Part shown: positions 16,901-27,300 of the stretch, piece after piece
Layout: every line of letters starts with the position of its first letter
Numbering within the stretch: position 1 is the stretch's first letter
From: a virus
Taxonomy: Duplodnaviria; Caudoviricetes
Length of the DNA stretch: 38,800 bases
Reading direction: 5' to 3' (one strand)
IMG/VR virus record: IMGVR_UViG_3300032233_003305
Span: 1 to 38,800 of that record
The notes under the pieces: generated by a model
What the model saw: the letters and a program-made list of their open reading frames with translations, nothing else
Database searches by the model: none
Told to the model about the DNA's origin: nothing
Position numbers and translations under genes: made by a program

Positions 16901-19900
16901 GATGTAAGTAACTATTCGGAAATATTATTTGTTGATAGTCAATATACTAATGCCTATTCTGTTTTTGGTGTAGGAACAACAACTTTCAATATTACATTGA
17001 ATAAGATTCCAGAAAAATTAACATATTCTCAGGATGAATGCGATGTTCTAGAATATTTCACAACTTCTACATCAGCAAAAGGTCCTATTGATAAGATTAA
17101 CATCATATCTGGAGGAACTGGATATAAAAAACTTCCATCACTTTCTGGATCTAATTCTGAAGATGGAAAAGATGCTTATATCATTGCAAAATCAAAAACG
17201 ATAGGATATCCAAAAGAGATTAGAATTATTAATGAAGGTTTTGAATATTCTTGCGATAAAACTTTAAGACCGGATGCTTACATATCGCCATTGATTACAA
17301 TTGAAAATTCAAATACAATTTCAAAAATTAATATTTTGAACGGAGGAAAAAATTATGTAAAAGTACCTTCTATTATAATTGTTGATTCGGAAACTGGAGA
17401 AAAGATAGATAATGGAATTCTAGAAGCATCTTTATCTGGAGGTTCTATTAATAAAGTAAATATTATTCAAGAACCAAAAGGATTGCCATCAACGACGGTA
17501 AAATTATTTGCTACAAATAATACTAATGGTGTTAGTATTCAAAAAGTTGAATCCTCATCTACAGGTATTTTTACATGTGCAATAACTACTCCAAGTTTAG
17601 GATTTAGTACAAATCCATTTAGTATTGGTGATAAAGTTTTTGTTGAAGGTATACAAAAACAAAGTTCTACCGGAACAGGATTTAATTCTGAAGATTATAA
17701 TTATGAATTTTTTACCGTTAGTGGTTATGATAATTCACAACTTCTTGATAGGGTTACATTTAATATTTCTGGATTAACAACAAATACTGGAATAGCAAAA
17801 ACTATTCAAGATTCGGTTGGAAGCATTATACAATATGACAACTATCCAAATTTTGAAATTATACAGAAAATATCTTATTTCAGAAATGGTGAAAAAATTA
17901 TTTCTAATGGAATTGAGAGGGATTTAATTATCTCAAATTATGAAAATAATTTTATTAAAGTGTATGGTACATATAATTTATCATTAGGTGAAATTATTAT
18001 AGGAAAAGAAACTGGAAATATTGCAACCATAAGTAAAATAGAACCAAATTTGGGAAGATTTAAAATTGATTATGCAGTAGAAAAGCAAAGCGGATGGGCA
18101 AATAATATTGGAAAATTGAATGAAGATACACAATCAATTTCTGACAATGATTATTATCAAAATCTTTCATATACTATAAAAAGTCCCATTGAATATGATA
18201 ATCTAAAAACATCCGTAAATAATTTACTTCATACCAGCGGATTGAAAAATTTTGCAGATACCCAAATCATATCTAAAGGTAAATCTGGAATAAAATCAAC
18301 TTCGCAATATTTAGATGTTATTAATAATATAGTAGAAGAAAGTAAAGTAGATACAATTTATAATTTTGATTTAGTTAAAGATATTGATACAGTAAATAAT
18401 TTCTCAAAGTTTATAAAATTAAAAAATAAAAAATTATCCGACTATATTCAATGCATAAGTAATAGAGTTTTAAAAATAGATGATATAAGTAAAAAGTTTT
18501 CTGATATTGATGGAAATCCATTAACATCCGTAAATATTTTTAAATTAAATCCTTCAAATTCGTACAATGAATTACTTTTTAGGGTTTCTAATACTTCATA
18601 TACACAAATTCAATTGACGGAATTGATATTGTTGAATAATGGTATTGATAATTTATTATTCGAACAAGCAACATTAACTGGTGTGGGAGCAGGGATTACT
18701 CATATTTCTGGAGAACAACTTGGAGAATTTTCAATTTATGAGAATGAAACTGGTGAAAATTATATTCAGTTTGTTCCAACAAATCCGTATGATATTGATT
18801 ATGATATTAAATTGATTCGTAGCAAATTTAATTCATCCACTGCAGGAATTGGAACTACATCCATAGGATTTGTAAATTTGACTGGATCAATAACAACTTC
18901 AAGATCAGGAACAACAACTTCTATTATTTCTATTCCAGCACATAAATTCGAATCTTTATGTGCAAATGTACAAATAATCGACAATTTGACCAATCAAATG
19001 AATTTTGTAAATGTTTATCTAAACTATGACGGAATTGATAATACTTACATTTCAGAATATTATTTCGATTCAGAATCTTCAACAAATAATTATTCTGGTA
19101 ATTTAATTGGAACTTTTGGTGCTAGTATTTCATCTGGAATAATATCTCTAAATTACACCAATAATTCATCAAACTTAGTCAGAATTAATTCAAAAATTGT
19201 TGGATTTGGAACAACTGCTGTTGGAGTAGGAACTTATAGATTTAAATTACCTGGAGAAATAGATGGTCTTGAGCAGACTGCAATGTATGAATCAAAGTAT
19301 CTAAAAAATGTTTCTTCAGCATCTACAACTTTAACAACCTTAGATAAATTTAGGTTTAATGCAATTAAATCTTTTGTTAAAGTGAGTATGGGATCCACTA
19401 GTGCTTTACATAAGATTCTATTGGTTCAAGATAAAACAAATTTCTATATTCAACAATCTGCATTTCTTTCAGCTGAAGGAGTATCAGGAATAGGGACATT
19501 AGGAATAGGAACATTTGGGGCAGAATATTCTGGTAATAATTTTCAATTTAAATTCTATAAAGATTCAAATATAAATTCAAGCATTGATATTCTTTCATTC
19601 AATCAATGCTTATATACTGATGCAAATTTTGACAATATTCCACCAAATCTTTCTTATGGAAAAATCGATGAATCTTTTGAAATTATTACCTATAATGCAA
19701 TTAATGGGAATAGAATTTCAAGATTAGATTTTGATTTGAAAACTGAGGAAACACCAATATTTGCAAAAACTTTTGATCCTACTGATAGTGGAGTTTTAAA
19801 TCTTTCTACTGGCAAATTTACGATTCCCAATCACTTCTTTAGTAATGCTGAAAGATTAATTTATACTCCAAAATCTACATTTATTGGAATTGGTGAAAGT

Positions 19901-22729
19901 GCTGTAGGAATAGGATCTACATTAAATTCTGCCGGAATTGTGACTAATAGATTACCATCAGAACTGTATGTAATCAAAATTTCTGAAGATACATTCAAAT
20001 TATCAACTAGAAGGGATTATGCATTATTGGGAATAGGTGTAACATTCACTTCTTATGGACTAGGAAATGCTCACCAACTCGAAATGTATCACAAAAATAA
20101 TAAATCAATAATCACTGTAGATAATATTGCACAATATCCATTATCATATACGCCAATAAATTATAGTCTTACTGGCAATGGTGGGCAAATTAATGCCACT
20201 TCAACTATATTTTCTTTGAGTGGAATTTCATCAATAGTACCAAGAGATATACTTAGAGTTGACAATGAGTATATGAAAGTCATCTCTGTTGGACTTGGTA
20301 CTACAAGTATTGGTCCTGTTACTAATTCAGGATCATTTTCATTAGTTGAAGTTTCCAGAGGTTTTGTTGGGTCATCTGCAACTACTCATGCCGATACTAC
20401 GGGAATTGCAACAATTTATAAAGGATCTTATAATATTGTTGGGAGTCAAATTTTCTTTACGGAAGCTCCAAGAGGAAATCCACAATTAAACATCGATAGA
20501 GGTAATCTATCATATGAAACTTCAGATTTTTCTGGAAGAGTATTTTTAAGAAACGATTATAGTACAAATCAAATTTATGACGACATATCTTACAAATTTA
20601 CTGGAATAGGAAGAACCTTTACATTAACCAATCAAGGAATTAGTACTGTAGGACTGGGATCTACTGGAGGAAATGGAATTCTCTTTATAAATGGTATTTT
20701 CCAAACTCCAACAACAGATAATAATCCAGAAAATAATTTTAGAATTGTTGAGAATTCTGGAACAACTAGTGTTATATTTTCTGGGATACAAGATCCAAAT
20801 AGTGGAAATTTTGTTACTTCCGAATTTGATATAAATCAAAATCAAACTCCAAGAGGAGGAATAATTGTTTCTCTTGGATCATCACTTGGATTGGGATATG
20901 CACCTCTTGTAGGAGCAGCAGTAACTGCCGTAGTTGGTGCTGGTGGTAGCATTGTATCAGTTGGTCTAGGGACTACTGACAATCTTGGTTCTGGATATAA
21001 TGGTATTGTTTCAATAGGAGTATCTGTATATCAAAGTGGACATAATGGTACACCAGCAGTAATATCTGCATCTGTTGGAGCAGGGGGAACATTATCTTTT
21101 AGAATTATTGGTGCAGGTGGAAATGGATATACAAATCCAAAAATATTAGTTTCTCCACCATCCTACGAAAATCTGGAAGTTATTGGCGTATCTAGATTGG
21201 GAATTGGAACAACTACCACTACTGGAATTGGATTATTACTCACAGTTGATGTTGATGCTGGTATCACTTCCTCTATTGGAATTGGATCTACTTATTTTGG
21301 AGTATCGTCATTTAAAATTTCTAGACAAGGATACTCATTTAATCCTGGGGATGTATTTAAACCTGTTGGATTGGTTACTGATAAAAGGTTGGTATCTCCA
21401 ATATCCGAATTTAAATTAACAGTTGTTGATACATTCTCAGATTCCTTTGCGGCTTGGCAATTTGGTGAATTTGATTATATAGATTCAATAAAAAATTATC
21501 AAGATGGAATAAGAACTAGATTCCCATTGTATTATAATTCGGAGTTACTTAGTTTTGAAAAATTAGAAAATTCTACATTAAATTTAAATAATTTATTATT
21601 CATTGTTATTAATGGTATTATTCAAGAACCTGGAGTCTCATATCAATTTGAAGGGGGAACATCCTTTATATTTACTGCTGCACCAAAACCAGAAGATAAA
21701 ATTGCAATATTCTTCTATAGAGGAACTAGGGGATCTGATAGTAAACTTGTTTTAGATGTACCCGAAACTATAAAAAGAGGTGATACTGTTCAAATATTCA
21801 AAAGAAATGATATAAAAGGAACAGTATCTCAAAATAAAAGAACAGTATTTGATTTGACCTATTCCGATAAATTTGAAACCAATTTGTACTCTGATCAAGG
21901 TGTGGATACGATTAATAATAAACCAATGAGTTGGACTAAACAAAAAAAGGATAGTTTTATTAATGGTGAAATAGTTTATAAATCTAGAGATTCTATTGAA
22001 TCATTAGTTTATCCAACTGCAAAAATAATTAAAGATTTTTCAACTACTGATGGAGAGATTTTTGTTGATAATGCACTATTCTTTAATTATGAAGATATGA
22101 ACATAGCATCTATAAAATTTGATGCTATGATTATTGACCCAGATTCTGTAAATACTGTTGGATTAACTACAAATTTCAAAAAAGAAGTTATAAAGAATAT
22201 CTCTTCAGTCAAAGGTTCTTCAGGAATCATTACTGGTATAACTACAACATCTGGAATAGGTGCTCCTTTAGCACTTAAATTTTATTTAAATACCACTGTT
22301 GGGGTAGCGATGAGTGCAGCAGTCAATTATCCAGTTTATATTTTCAATACAAGTATTGGAACAGGACTTACTTCAATCTATACTTCAGATTCTTCAGTTG
22401 TTGGAATTGGAAATACTTTCTTAGATAACATTTATAATGTTAGTGCATATTCTTATGTTTCAGAAACTGTTGGAATTATTACTTGTAATATACTATCCAC
22501 AACTTCTACAGTAGGTCTTACAACTTCCGGATCTGTGGTTGGAAATTTCTCTTGGGGTAGAATGTCTGGATTTTCCAGATCTAGTTCACCAATTTCAATA
22601 GGTGTTAGTGGAAAAACAGTTGATGTTGGATACGGATTGTCAACTTTTTCAACAATTCAGAGAAGAAGTACTCCCGAGCAAGGTATTGGTATAAGGGGAA
22701 CTGGATCATTACCCAAAAATGGATTATAA
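10994..22729 (+). CDS. gp7: Giant baseplate wedge initiator, gp7-like (3911 aa)
   Basis: Between gp6 and gp8; FYQSKGTDESFRILF, DNDYYQNLSYTIKS..LLHTSG; many GxGY repeats. Confidence 0.8.
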   Translation: MIQTGFESRVKIQQIIDNQLPEFILDESPKASEFLKQYYISQEYQGGPVDIAENLDQYLKLDNLTPEVVVGNVSLSTNITSTVGIITVTSTKGFPQKYGLIKIGNEIITYTGITTNTFTGCIRGFSGITSYHAVSNQEELVFSTSESSVHTSGSSVQNLSSLFLKEFYKKLKYTLTPGLEDVDFVSDLNVGNFIKNARSFYQSKGTDESFRILFNILFGVTPKIVNLENFLIKPSAAQYVRRRVVSAERISGDPSKLVGQSIFKSTDPTTSASVSEIEIFTKSNTKYYKISLFIGYDDRSAIEGNFTITQNTKCLENISTGSSIISVDSTIGFKESGTIVSGNNIINYTNKTINQFLGCTGVSEEINSADNIRSDEIYFGYENGDTTKKVEFRITGVLSEFVPVSQSFKVSVGDEISIKSLGEIIEDTGSSYKEIFANSWIYNTSSRYEIETFSGSKPILKSTTNKSSLKVGDTVEIVERYSNIVRYPTTISNVPYVKSIDSDLKTLELNDFSLSNWYNNSVEYDLRRKVNKASSSTIPIEYGNDAILSDVLNVYKENGDYAYVASNSFPSNNNNLPRPYTYQITANTRSSIAIQISDKIDENYYSTISFNDSVPFISGDKVYYQPSSSVISGLETGSYYVEVQENNKKIKLYDSRSFIGSNNYVKYLNSTFNSQNTHKFVLYSQKSQIIGTQKLLKKFLLDPNIQNGTGELTQTGSTGLLINGVEIENYKSNDKVYYGPLSSVNVLNGGSNYDVINPPLVTISAGLGITALVQPVLSGNIQKVFVDSQDFDINTIVSIAVTGGNGKGAVLEPILKKRYREIYFDGRLSPSGGVDYTNETITFLSNHNLNNGDRVIYNSNGNSEIGVGSFGGSNNDQNKTLSNNSEYYIKKESNNTIKLYPSFSEYSVGINTIGFTEVYNSGIHKFTSVSDKKTISEIKVLDGGQGYQNRKLIVGPSGVSTTNHTINFNNHGFDEGDLIEYNYQTTAIVGLSSSYQYYISKLDDNSFRLFNAGIGGTNLSNYNRKNYIKFSSTGSGYQYFKYPDISVSITYSRESSSDYTTIIATPVVRGSIVDTYLYESGTGYGSTILNFHKKPLISIKTGKEAQLKPIIINGTIDSVNLQYGGYDYYSVPDLIITDPTNSGIGAELRPVIVNGKITSVKIINPGIGYSTSTSILVKSSGINALLDARVRSLTANNNKKFGDELLLEKRDGDKLKYSVSGYFDTLRTSFNDVGSEHSPIIGWSYDGNPIYGPYGYEDEENSSSSLKILESGYELNIGNVKDRPNGFQNGFFVEDYTYTNSGDLDEYNGRFGKTPEFPNGVYAYFATLESQTLKSTFPYFIGNKYRSNYITDNSNIDQSFDFNNSSLLRNTFPYKISDKYATNDFIIESNEFSDQKSIIESVKEGSIENFDILNSGSDYKINDSLEFDNTDTSGGGLIAKVSSIKGKEIVNINTLIQTYDSASFSWKNEREVKAFIKPYHTLSNRDYITISGLSTNLSQLNGSYQIGVTSYSSSCISSITSSTVGFSTEIYVSQLPSEPISVGSSIVIGNETLKVLEVFKNLNILKVQRGSSGVSHTATTQINFLPDYFTFTNNTNYFDSYPTNKVYFNPKESIGVGTDVGITSSITFSFGVSSITRIIPTKGIYIENHPFKDNQKVIFEKPAGNPQLSISTTSNLADAVNFPSSGNSQIAYIVNKNKNTIGIKTSINSAEVFFTSINGADNDEYSFSSTYDQIIGNVEKIKSTVSVSTSHNLTNGDLINLTVNPNLSVGIGTSTSIYVKRNLNDNKILINPIGFNSTGISTQTNIITINSHNLNTGDKIYYSSTDVIASGLSTGSYFVYKVDNNKIKLSETYTDSKLNPPVVVSIASTGGKYQNISLINSQIKSVKNNNLVFKLSDSSLSGYKFKIYYDQEFKNEFVSTATTSGFALIGVGTVGVSSTASLTIKYDNNFPTQLYYNLEKSGYISTSDKDVSNYSEILFVDSQYTNAYSVFGVGTTTFNITLNKIPEKLTYSQDECDVLEYFTTSTSAKGPIDKINIISGGTGYKKLPSLSGSNSEDGKDAYIIAKSKTIGYPKEIRIINEGFEYSCDKTLRPDAYISPLITIENSNTISKINILNGGKNYVKVPSIIIVDSETGEKIDNGILEASLSGGSINKVNIIQEPKGLPSTTVKLFATNNTNGVSIQKVESSSTGIFTCAITTPSLGFSTNPFSIGDKVFVEGIQKQSSTGTGFNSEDYNYEFFTVSGYDNSQLLDRVTFNISGLTTNTGIAKTIQDSVGSIIQYDNYPNFEIIQKISYFRNGEKIISNGIERDLIISNYENNFIKVYGTYNLSLGEIIIGKETGNIATISKIEPNLGRFKIDYAVEKQSGWANNIGKLNEDTQSISDNDYYQNLSYTIKSPIEYDNLKTSVNNLLHTSGLKNFADTQIISKGKSGIKSTSQYLDVINNIVEESKVDTIYNFDLVKDIDTVNNFSKFIKLKNKKLSDYIQCISNRVLKIDDISKKFSDIDGNPLTSVNIFKLNPSNSYNELLFRVSNTSYTQIQLTELILLNNGIDNLLFEQATLTGVGAGITHISGEQLGEFSIYENETGENYIQFVPTNPYDIDYDIKLIRSKFNSSTAGIGTTSIGFVNLTGSITTSRSGTTTSIISIPAHKFESLCANVQIIDNLTNQMNFVNVYLNYDGIDNTYISEYYFDSESSTNNYSGNLIGTFGASISSGIISLNYTNNSSNLVRINSKIVGFGTTAVGVGTYRFKLPGEIDGLEQTAMYESKYLKNVSSASTTLTTLDKFRFNAIKSFVKVSMGSTSALHKILLVQDKTNFYIQQSAFLSAEGVSGIGTLGIGTFGAEYSGNNFQFKFYKDSNINSSIDILSFNQCLYTDANFDNIPPNLSYGKIDESFEIITYNAINGNRISRLDFDLKTEETPIFAKTFDPTDSGVLNLSTGKFTIPNHFFSNAERLIYTPKSTFIGIGESAVGIGSTLNSAGIVTNRLPSELYVIKISEDTFKLSTRRDYALLGIGVTFTSYGLGNAHQLEMYHKNNKSIITVDNIAQYPLSYTPINYSLTGNGGQINATSTIFSLSGISSIVPRDILRVDNEYMKVISVGLGTTSIGPVTNSGSFSLVEVSRGFVGSSATTHADTTGIATIYKGSYNIVGSQIFFTEAPRGNPQLNIDRGNLSYETSDFSGRVFLRNDYSTNQIYDDISYKFTGIGRTFTLTNQGISTVGLGSTGGNGILFINGIFQTPTTDNNPENNFRIVENSGTTSVIFSGIQDPNSGNFVTSEFDINQNQTPRGGIIVSLGSSLGLGYAPLVGAAVTAVVGAGGSIVSVGLGTTDNLGSGYNGIVSIGVSVYQSGHNGTPAVISASVGAGGTLSFRIIGAGGNGYTNPKILVSPPSYENLEVIGVSRLGIGTTTTTGIGLLLTVDVDAGITSSIGIGSTYFGVSSFKISRQGYSFNPGDVFKPVGLVTDKRLVSPISEFKLTVVDTFSDSFAAWQFGEFDYIDSIKNYQDGIRTRFPLYYNSELLSFEKLENSTLNLNNLLFIVINGIIQEPGVSYQFEGGTSFIFTAAPKPEDKIAIFFYRGTRGSDSKLVLDVPETIKRGDTVQIFKRNDIKGTVSQNKRTVFDLTYSDKFETNLYSDQGVDTINNKPMSWTKQKKDSFINGEIVYKSRDSIESLVYPTAKIIKDFSTTDGEIFVDNALFFNYEDMNIASIKFDAMIIDPDSVNTVGLTTNFKKEVIKNISSVKGSSGIITGITTTSGIGAPLALKFYLNTTVGVAMSAAVNYPVYIFNTSIGTGLTSIYTSDSSVVGIGNTFLDNIYNVSAYSYVSETVGIITCNILSTTSTVGLTTSGSVVGNFSWGRMSGFSRSSSPISIGVSGKTVDVGYGLSTFSTIQRRSTPEQGIGIRGTGSLPKNGL

Positions 22730-22732
22730 ATA
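22725..22732 (+). promoter_or_regulatory. T4-type late promoter
   Basis: Perfect TATAAATA before gp8. Confidence 0.75.
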
Positions 22733-22749
22733 TAGAAAAAACTAGTAAT

Positions 22750-24312
22750 ATGTCTGCAGTTGTAACAGATCAATTTAGAATTTTAAATGCAAGTAATTTT
22801 GTGGACTCTGTGTCAGATTCCACAAATGCATATTATGTTTTTCTTGGATTGACAAACCCTACGCAAGTTGGATTTGGGAGAACTACTGATTGGGATACTG
22901 ATCCACCAACACCAGTTGATAATTTGGATTATCTATCCCATTATCATGATACTTCAATTTTCGGAAAAAGAATTGTAAACTCAAATATTAGAAGAATTAT
23001 AAGAAAAAACGAATGGATTTCTAACACAAAGTATGAAATGTATAGACATGATTATAGCATTTCAAATAGAAGTCCATTAACTGATTCTAGTAGACTTTAT
23101 GATGCAAATTATTATATTATTAATAGCGATTACAGAGTTTACATTTGTATTGATAATGGATCTTCAGGTATAAATCCATCGGTTAATGGATCTTTAGATG
23201 AACCAAAATTTACAGATGCAGAACCGTCTTCAGCTGGAGAAAGTGGAGACGGTTATATTTGGAAATATCTTTTTACTATTTCACCATCAGATGTGATTAA
23301 ATTTGATTCTACAGAATATATTGTTGTCCCCAATAACTGGGATAAATCTATCTTGGAGCTCCAGACGCTTGGAGAAGATGAAATAGTTAGAGTTAAAACC
23401 AATGGCGATTCTACTGCCAATAATAATCAAATTAAAAAAGTTTATATTGAAAACGGTGGAAGTGGATATAGTACTAAAACTTGCGATATTCTTGGTGATG
23501 GTACAGGAGGTACAGTTTTAGTTGAAGCTGAAAATGGTGTGATAGTTTCAACCACTGTCGTTACTGGAGGTAGTGGTTACACTTATGGTATAGTTGATTT
23601 GGGATCTATTCAACCTTCAACTATTACCACTCCTGCAAAACTTATACCAATTATTCCCCCCTCTAAAGGCCATGGATATGATATTTATAAAGAATTGGGC
23701 ACAGATAAAGTTTTAATTTATGCTAGATTTGATGATTCTACTAAGGATTTTCCAACAGACACTAGTTTTTCGCAAATTGGTATCTTAAAAAATCCAACTG
23801 TATATGGCAGTAATCAAATTTTTAATGATAATCAATATTCATCACTATATTCAATAAAATTGTCTAGTGGAACTCCTACAATTGGACAAAAAATTACACA
23901 ATCAATTTCTGGAGTTGGAACTGCAAGAGGATATGTTGCTTCCTATGATAGTGAAACTAAAGTTTTAAAATATTATCGAGATAGATCATTATTTTTCGGA
24001 TCTACTGGTAATAGTGATCAGACAGATTATAATGATGTAAGTGACGATTCAAAAGTATTGTCATTTAGTTCATCTGGGGGATCTATTGACAATTTTTCTG
24101 GATCTATTGATGTATCTTTTGGAAATCCTACTCCCACAAATAAAGTTACTGTAGGAAATAAAGTCATAGACTTAGGTGTTACTTTTACAAATGGACTGGC
24201 AAATCCTGAGATAAATAAATCATCGGGAGATATTATTTACATCGATAATAGACCTCTAGTTTCTAGAAGTTCACGACAAAAAGAAGACATTAAAATTATC
24301 CTGGAATTTTAA
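22750..24312 (+). CDS. gp8: Baseplate wedge subunit gp8
   Basis: YRVYICIDN, DGYIWKYLF, SGDIIYIDNR..QKEDIKIILEF. Confidence 0.92.
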   Translation: MSAVVTDQFRILNASNFVDSVSDSTNAYYVFLGLTNPTQVGFGRTTDWDTDPPTPVDNLDYLSHYHDTSIFGKRIVNSNIRRIIRKNEWISNTKYEMYRHDYSISNRSPLTDSSRLYDANYYIINSDYRVYICIDNGSSGINPSVNGSLDEPKFTDAEPSSAGESGDGYIWKYLFTISPSDVIKFDSTEYIVVPNNWDKSILELQTLGEDEIVRVKTNGDSTANNNQIKKVYIENGGSGYSTKTCDILGDGTGGTVLVEAENGVIVSTTVVTGGSGYTYGIVDLGSIQPSTITTPAKLIPIIPPSKGHGYDIYKELGTDKVLIYARFDDSTKDFPTDTSFSQIGILKNPTVYGSNQIFNDNQYSSLYSIKLSSGTPTIGQKITQSISGVGTARGYVASYDSETKVLKYYRDRSLFFGSTGNSDQTDYNDVSDDSKVLSFSSSGGSIDNFSGSIDVSFGNPTPTNKVTVGNKVIDLGVTFTNGLANPEINKSSGDIIYIDNRPLVSRSSRQKEDIKIILEF

Positions 24313-24318
24313 AGAAAA

Positions 24319-27300
24319 ATGGCACAGAAAACAAATTTAAATGTTAGTCCATATTATGATGATTTTAATTCTGAGAAGAATTATTATAAAGTTTTATTTA
24401 ATCCAGGGCGCCCAGTTCAAGCTAGAGAATTAACGACTTTTCAATCGATTCTTCAAAATCAAATAGAATCTTTTGGTAGTCATATGTTTAAAGAGGGATC
24501 AATGGTGATTCCAGGTAATATAGGGTATGATGGTCAATATTACTCAGTAAAACTCAATCCTACTAGTTTTGGTATTGATGTTTCAGTATATATTAATTCT
24601 TTTGTAGGCAAAAAAATAACCGGACAATCTTCAGGAACAACTGCAATTATTCAATATGTTGCATTGCCTGATGAAAATAATGTAACCGATTTAACAATAT
24701 ATGTAAAATACTTAGATTCTGACAATAATTTTAAATTTAATGCATTTGAAGATGGGGAATCTTTGTCTGCAAATGAAACTATAGTATATGGAAACACTAC
24801 AATTAATTCTGGAACTCCTTTTGCATCATTAATATCAACAAATGCAACTTCTATAGGATCAGCAGTTTCAATTGCAAATGGTGTATATTTTGTTAGAGGA
24901 TATTTTGCTAATGTCGAATCTGACACATTAATTCTCGATCATTATACAAATACACCATCATATAGAGTTGGTTTAAAAATTGATGAATTAATTATAACTT
25001 CTAAAGATGATTCATCATTACATGATAATGCAAAGGGGTTTACAAACTATGCAGCTCCTGGTGCAGATAGATTTAAGATTAATTTGTCTCTAACCAAAAA
25101 ACTTTTAACAGATACTAATGATACAGATTTTATTGAATTATTAAGAGTTCAAGATGGAAAGATCAAAAAAATTGAAACACAAACTCAATATTCTCTAATA
25201 AAGGATTATTTTGCACAAAGAACTTATGATGAATCTGGAGATTATTCAGTAAACCCATTTATTCCTTCAGTACATAATTCACTAAACAATAGACTTGGAA
25301 ATAATGGAATATTCTTCAGTAATGAAAAAACTGATCAAGGAAATACACCATCTGATGATTTGTTGTGTGTAAAAATATCTCCAGGAAAATGTTATGTTAA
25401 AGGATATGATGTAACTACAACTGGAACAACAATTCTTGATGTTGATAAACCAAGGGATAAGGAAATTATAACTACAGCAAACATACCATTTGAGATGGGA
25501 AATCTTCTGAGAGTTAATAATCTTTCAGGAAATCCAAAATTCAATAGAACTATAGATCTTTATGATTTGAGAAAAAATTCAATTTCATCTCCAAATGGTA
25601 CAAAAATTGGAGATGCTAGAGTATATACACTGAATTTAACAGATGCCACATATTCAAATGCATCCACAAAATGGGATTTATACTTATATGATATTCAAAC
25701 ATATACTAAAATAACATTAAATTCTTCAGTATCTTCTTCTGAAGTAAAGAAAACTTCATTTATTAAAGGAAAAAGCAGCGGTGCAAGTGGATATGCTACC
25801 GCCGATGGAAGTGGATCTGAAACAATATATTTGCGCCAAACTTCGGGATCATTTTCTGTTGGCGAACAAATTCAACTTGATGGAGTAGACTTCCCAAGAA
25901 CAATTAAATCAGTTCAAACATACTCTACAGATGACATCAAATCAGTTTATCAATCTACTCTTACATCTGGGTACACAAGAGCATTTATTGCAGATTCTTA
26001 CCTTGAAAAATTTCCTTTACCAAATGGAGTAATATCAGTAAATATTGATGGAAGCACCGGAAATACAACTGCTAATGGATCAGTTTTTACTGGAATAAAA
26101 GTAGGAAGTATTGTTAGATATCAAGAATCTGGATCCGGAATTACTTCAGAAACATTTAATAGAGTAACTAGTGTCTCTTCCGATGGACTTTCAATTACAC
26201 TTGGAATTACTACCGGAGTTTCCAATGTATGTGAAGGAAGTCTTCCATCCACTGGACAATATAATGTTTCAATTGGAGCACCAACTATAAGAAATAATAG
26301 TTCTGGATTTTTGTATGCAGAACTGCCAGATAAAAATATTGCATCTGTTAATTTATCCGGATCTAATCTGTCAATTTCTTCACAAATAGTAAAAAATGTA
26401 TCTTCCAGTAGTTTAACTTTTACTACTTCAGATTTTGGAATGACCAATTTATTTTTTCAAGCATTTGATGAGGAAAGATATTCACTTCATTATGATAGTG
26501 GTGCAGTAGAACCACTGACACCTGATAAATTTATCTTATCACAAGATTTAACTACTGCAACTTTAACTAATTTAACTTCAAGTGGGGATGCTGTAGTTAA
26601 TGCATCATTGATTAAAAATGGGATTACCAGCAAGAAAAAGGAATATAGTAGAAGTCGCACAGTCAATATAACATTGTCAAAATATCCACAATCTGGAAGT
26701 AATGTTAGTTCAACAATTAATGATGGATTGACATATAATAGATTTTATGGTTTAAGAGTTCAAGACGAACAGATTTGTTTAAATTATCCTGATGTAGCAA
26801 AAGTACTTGCAATTTACGAGTCTTTTGACACTAGTTCTCCAACATTAGATCAAATTGAATTCAGTGCTAGCGCAAATGTAAGTTCAAATGCAATAATTGG
26901 TGAAAATATACTGGGAAATTCAAGTAAAGCAGTAGCAAGAATTGTCACAAAACCATCCACAAATATTTTAGGAGTTGTATATTTAAATGAAAATAAATTC
27001 TCTGCTGGGGAATCTGTATCATTTGAAGAATCAAATATTACTACAGATATTGTATCAATAACAGAAGGAAAGTATAAAAATTTAACAACTTCATATAAGT
27101 TGGACAAGGGACAGAAAGAACAATATTATGATTATTCTAGAATTATTAGAAATGATAATAATATAGAACCTTCTAAACAATTGCTAGTAGTATTTGACCA
27201 TTATACTGTACCAACAAGTGATTCTGGAGATGTATTTACAGTACTAAGTTATGATGAACAGAGATTTTCAACTGATGTACCTTTCATTGGATCGAAAGGT

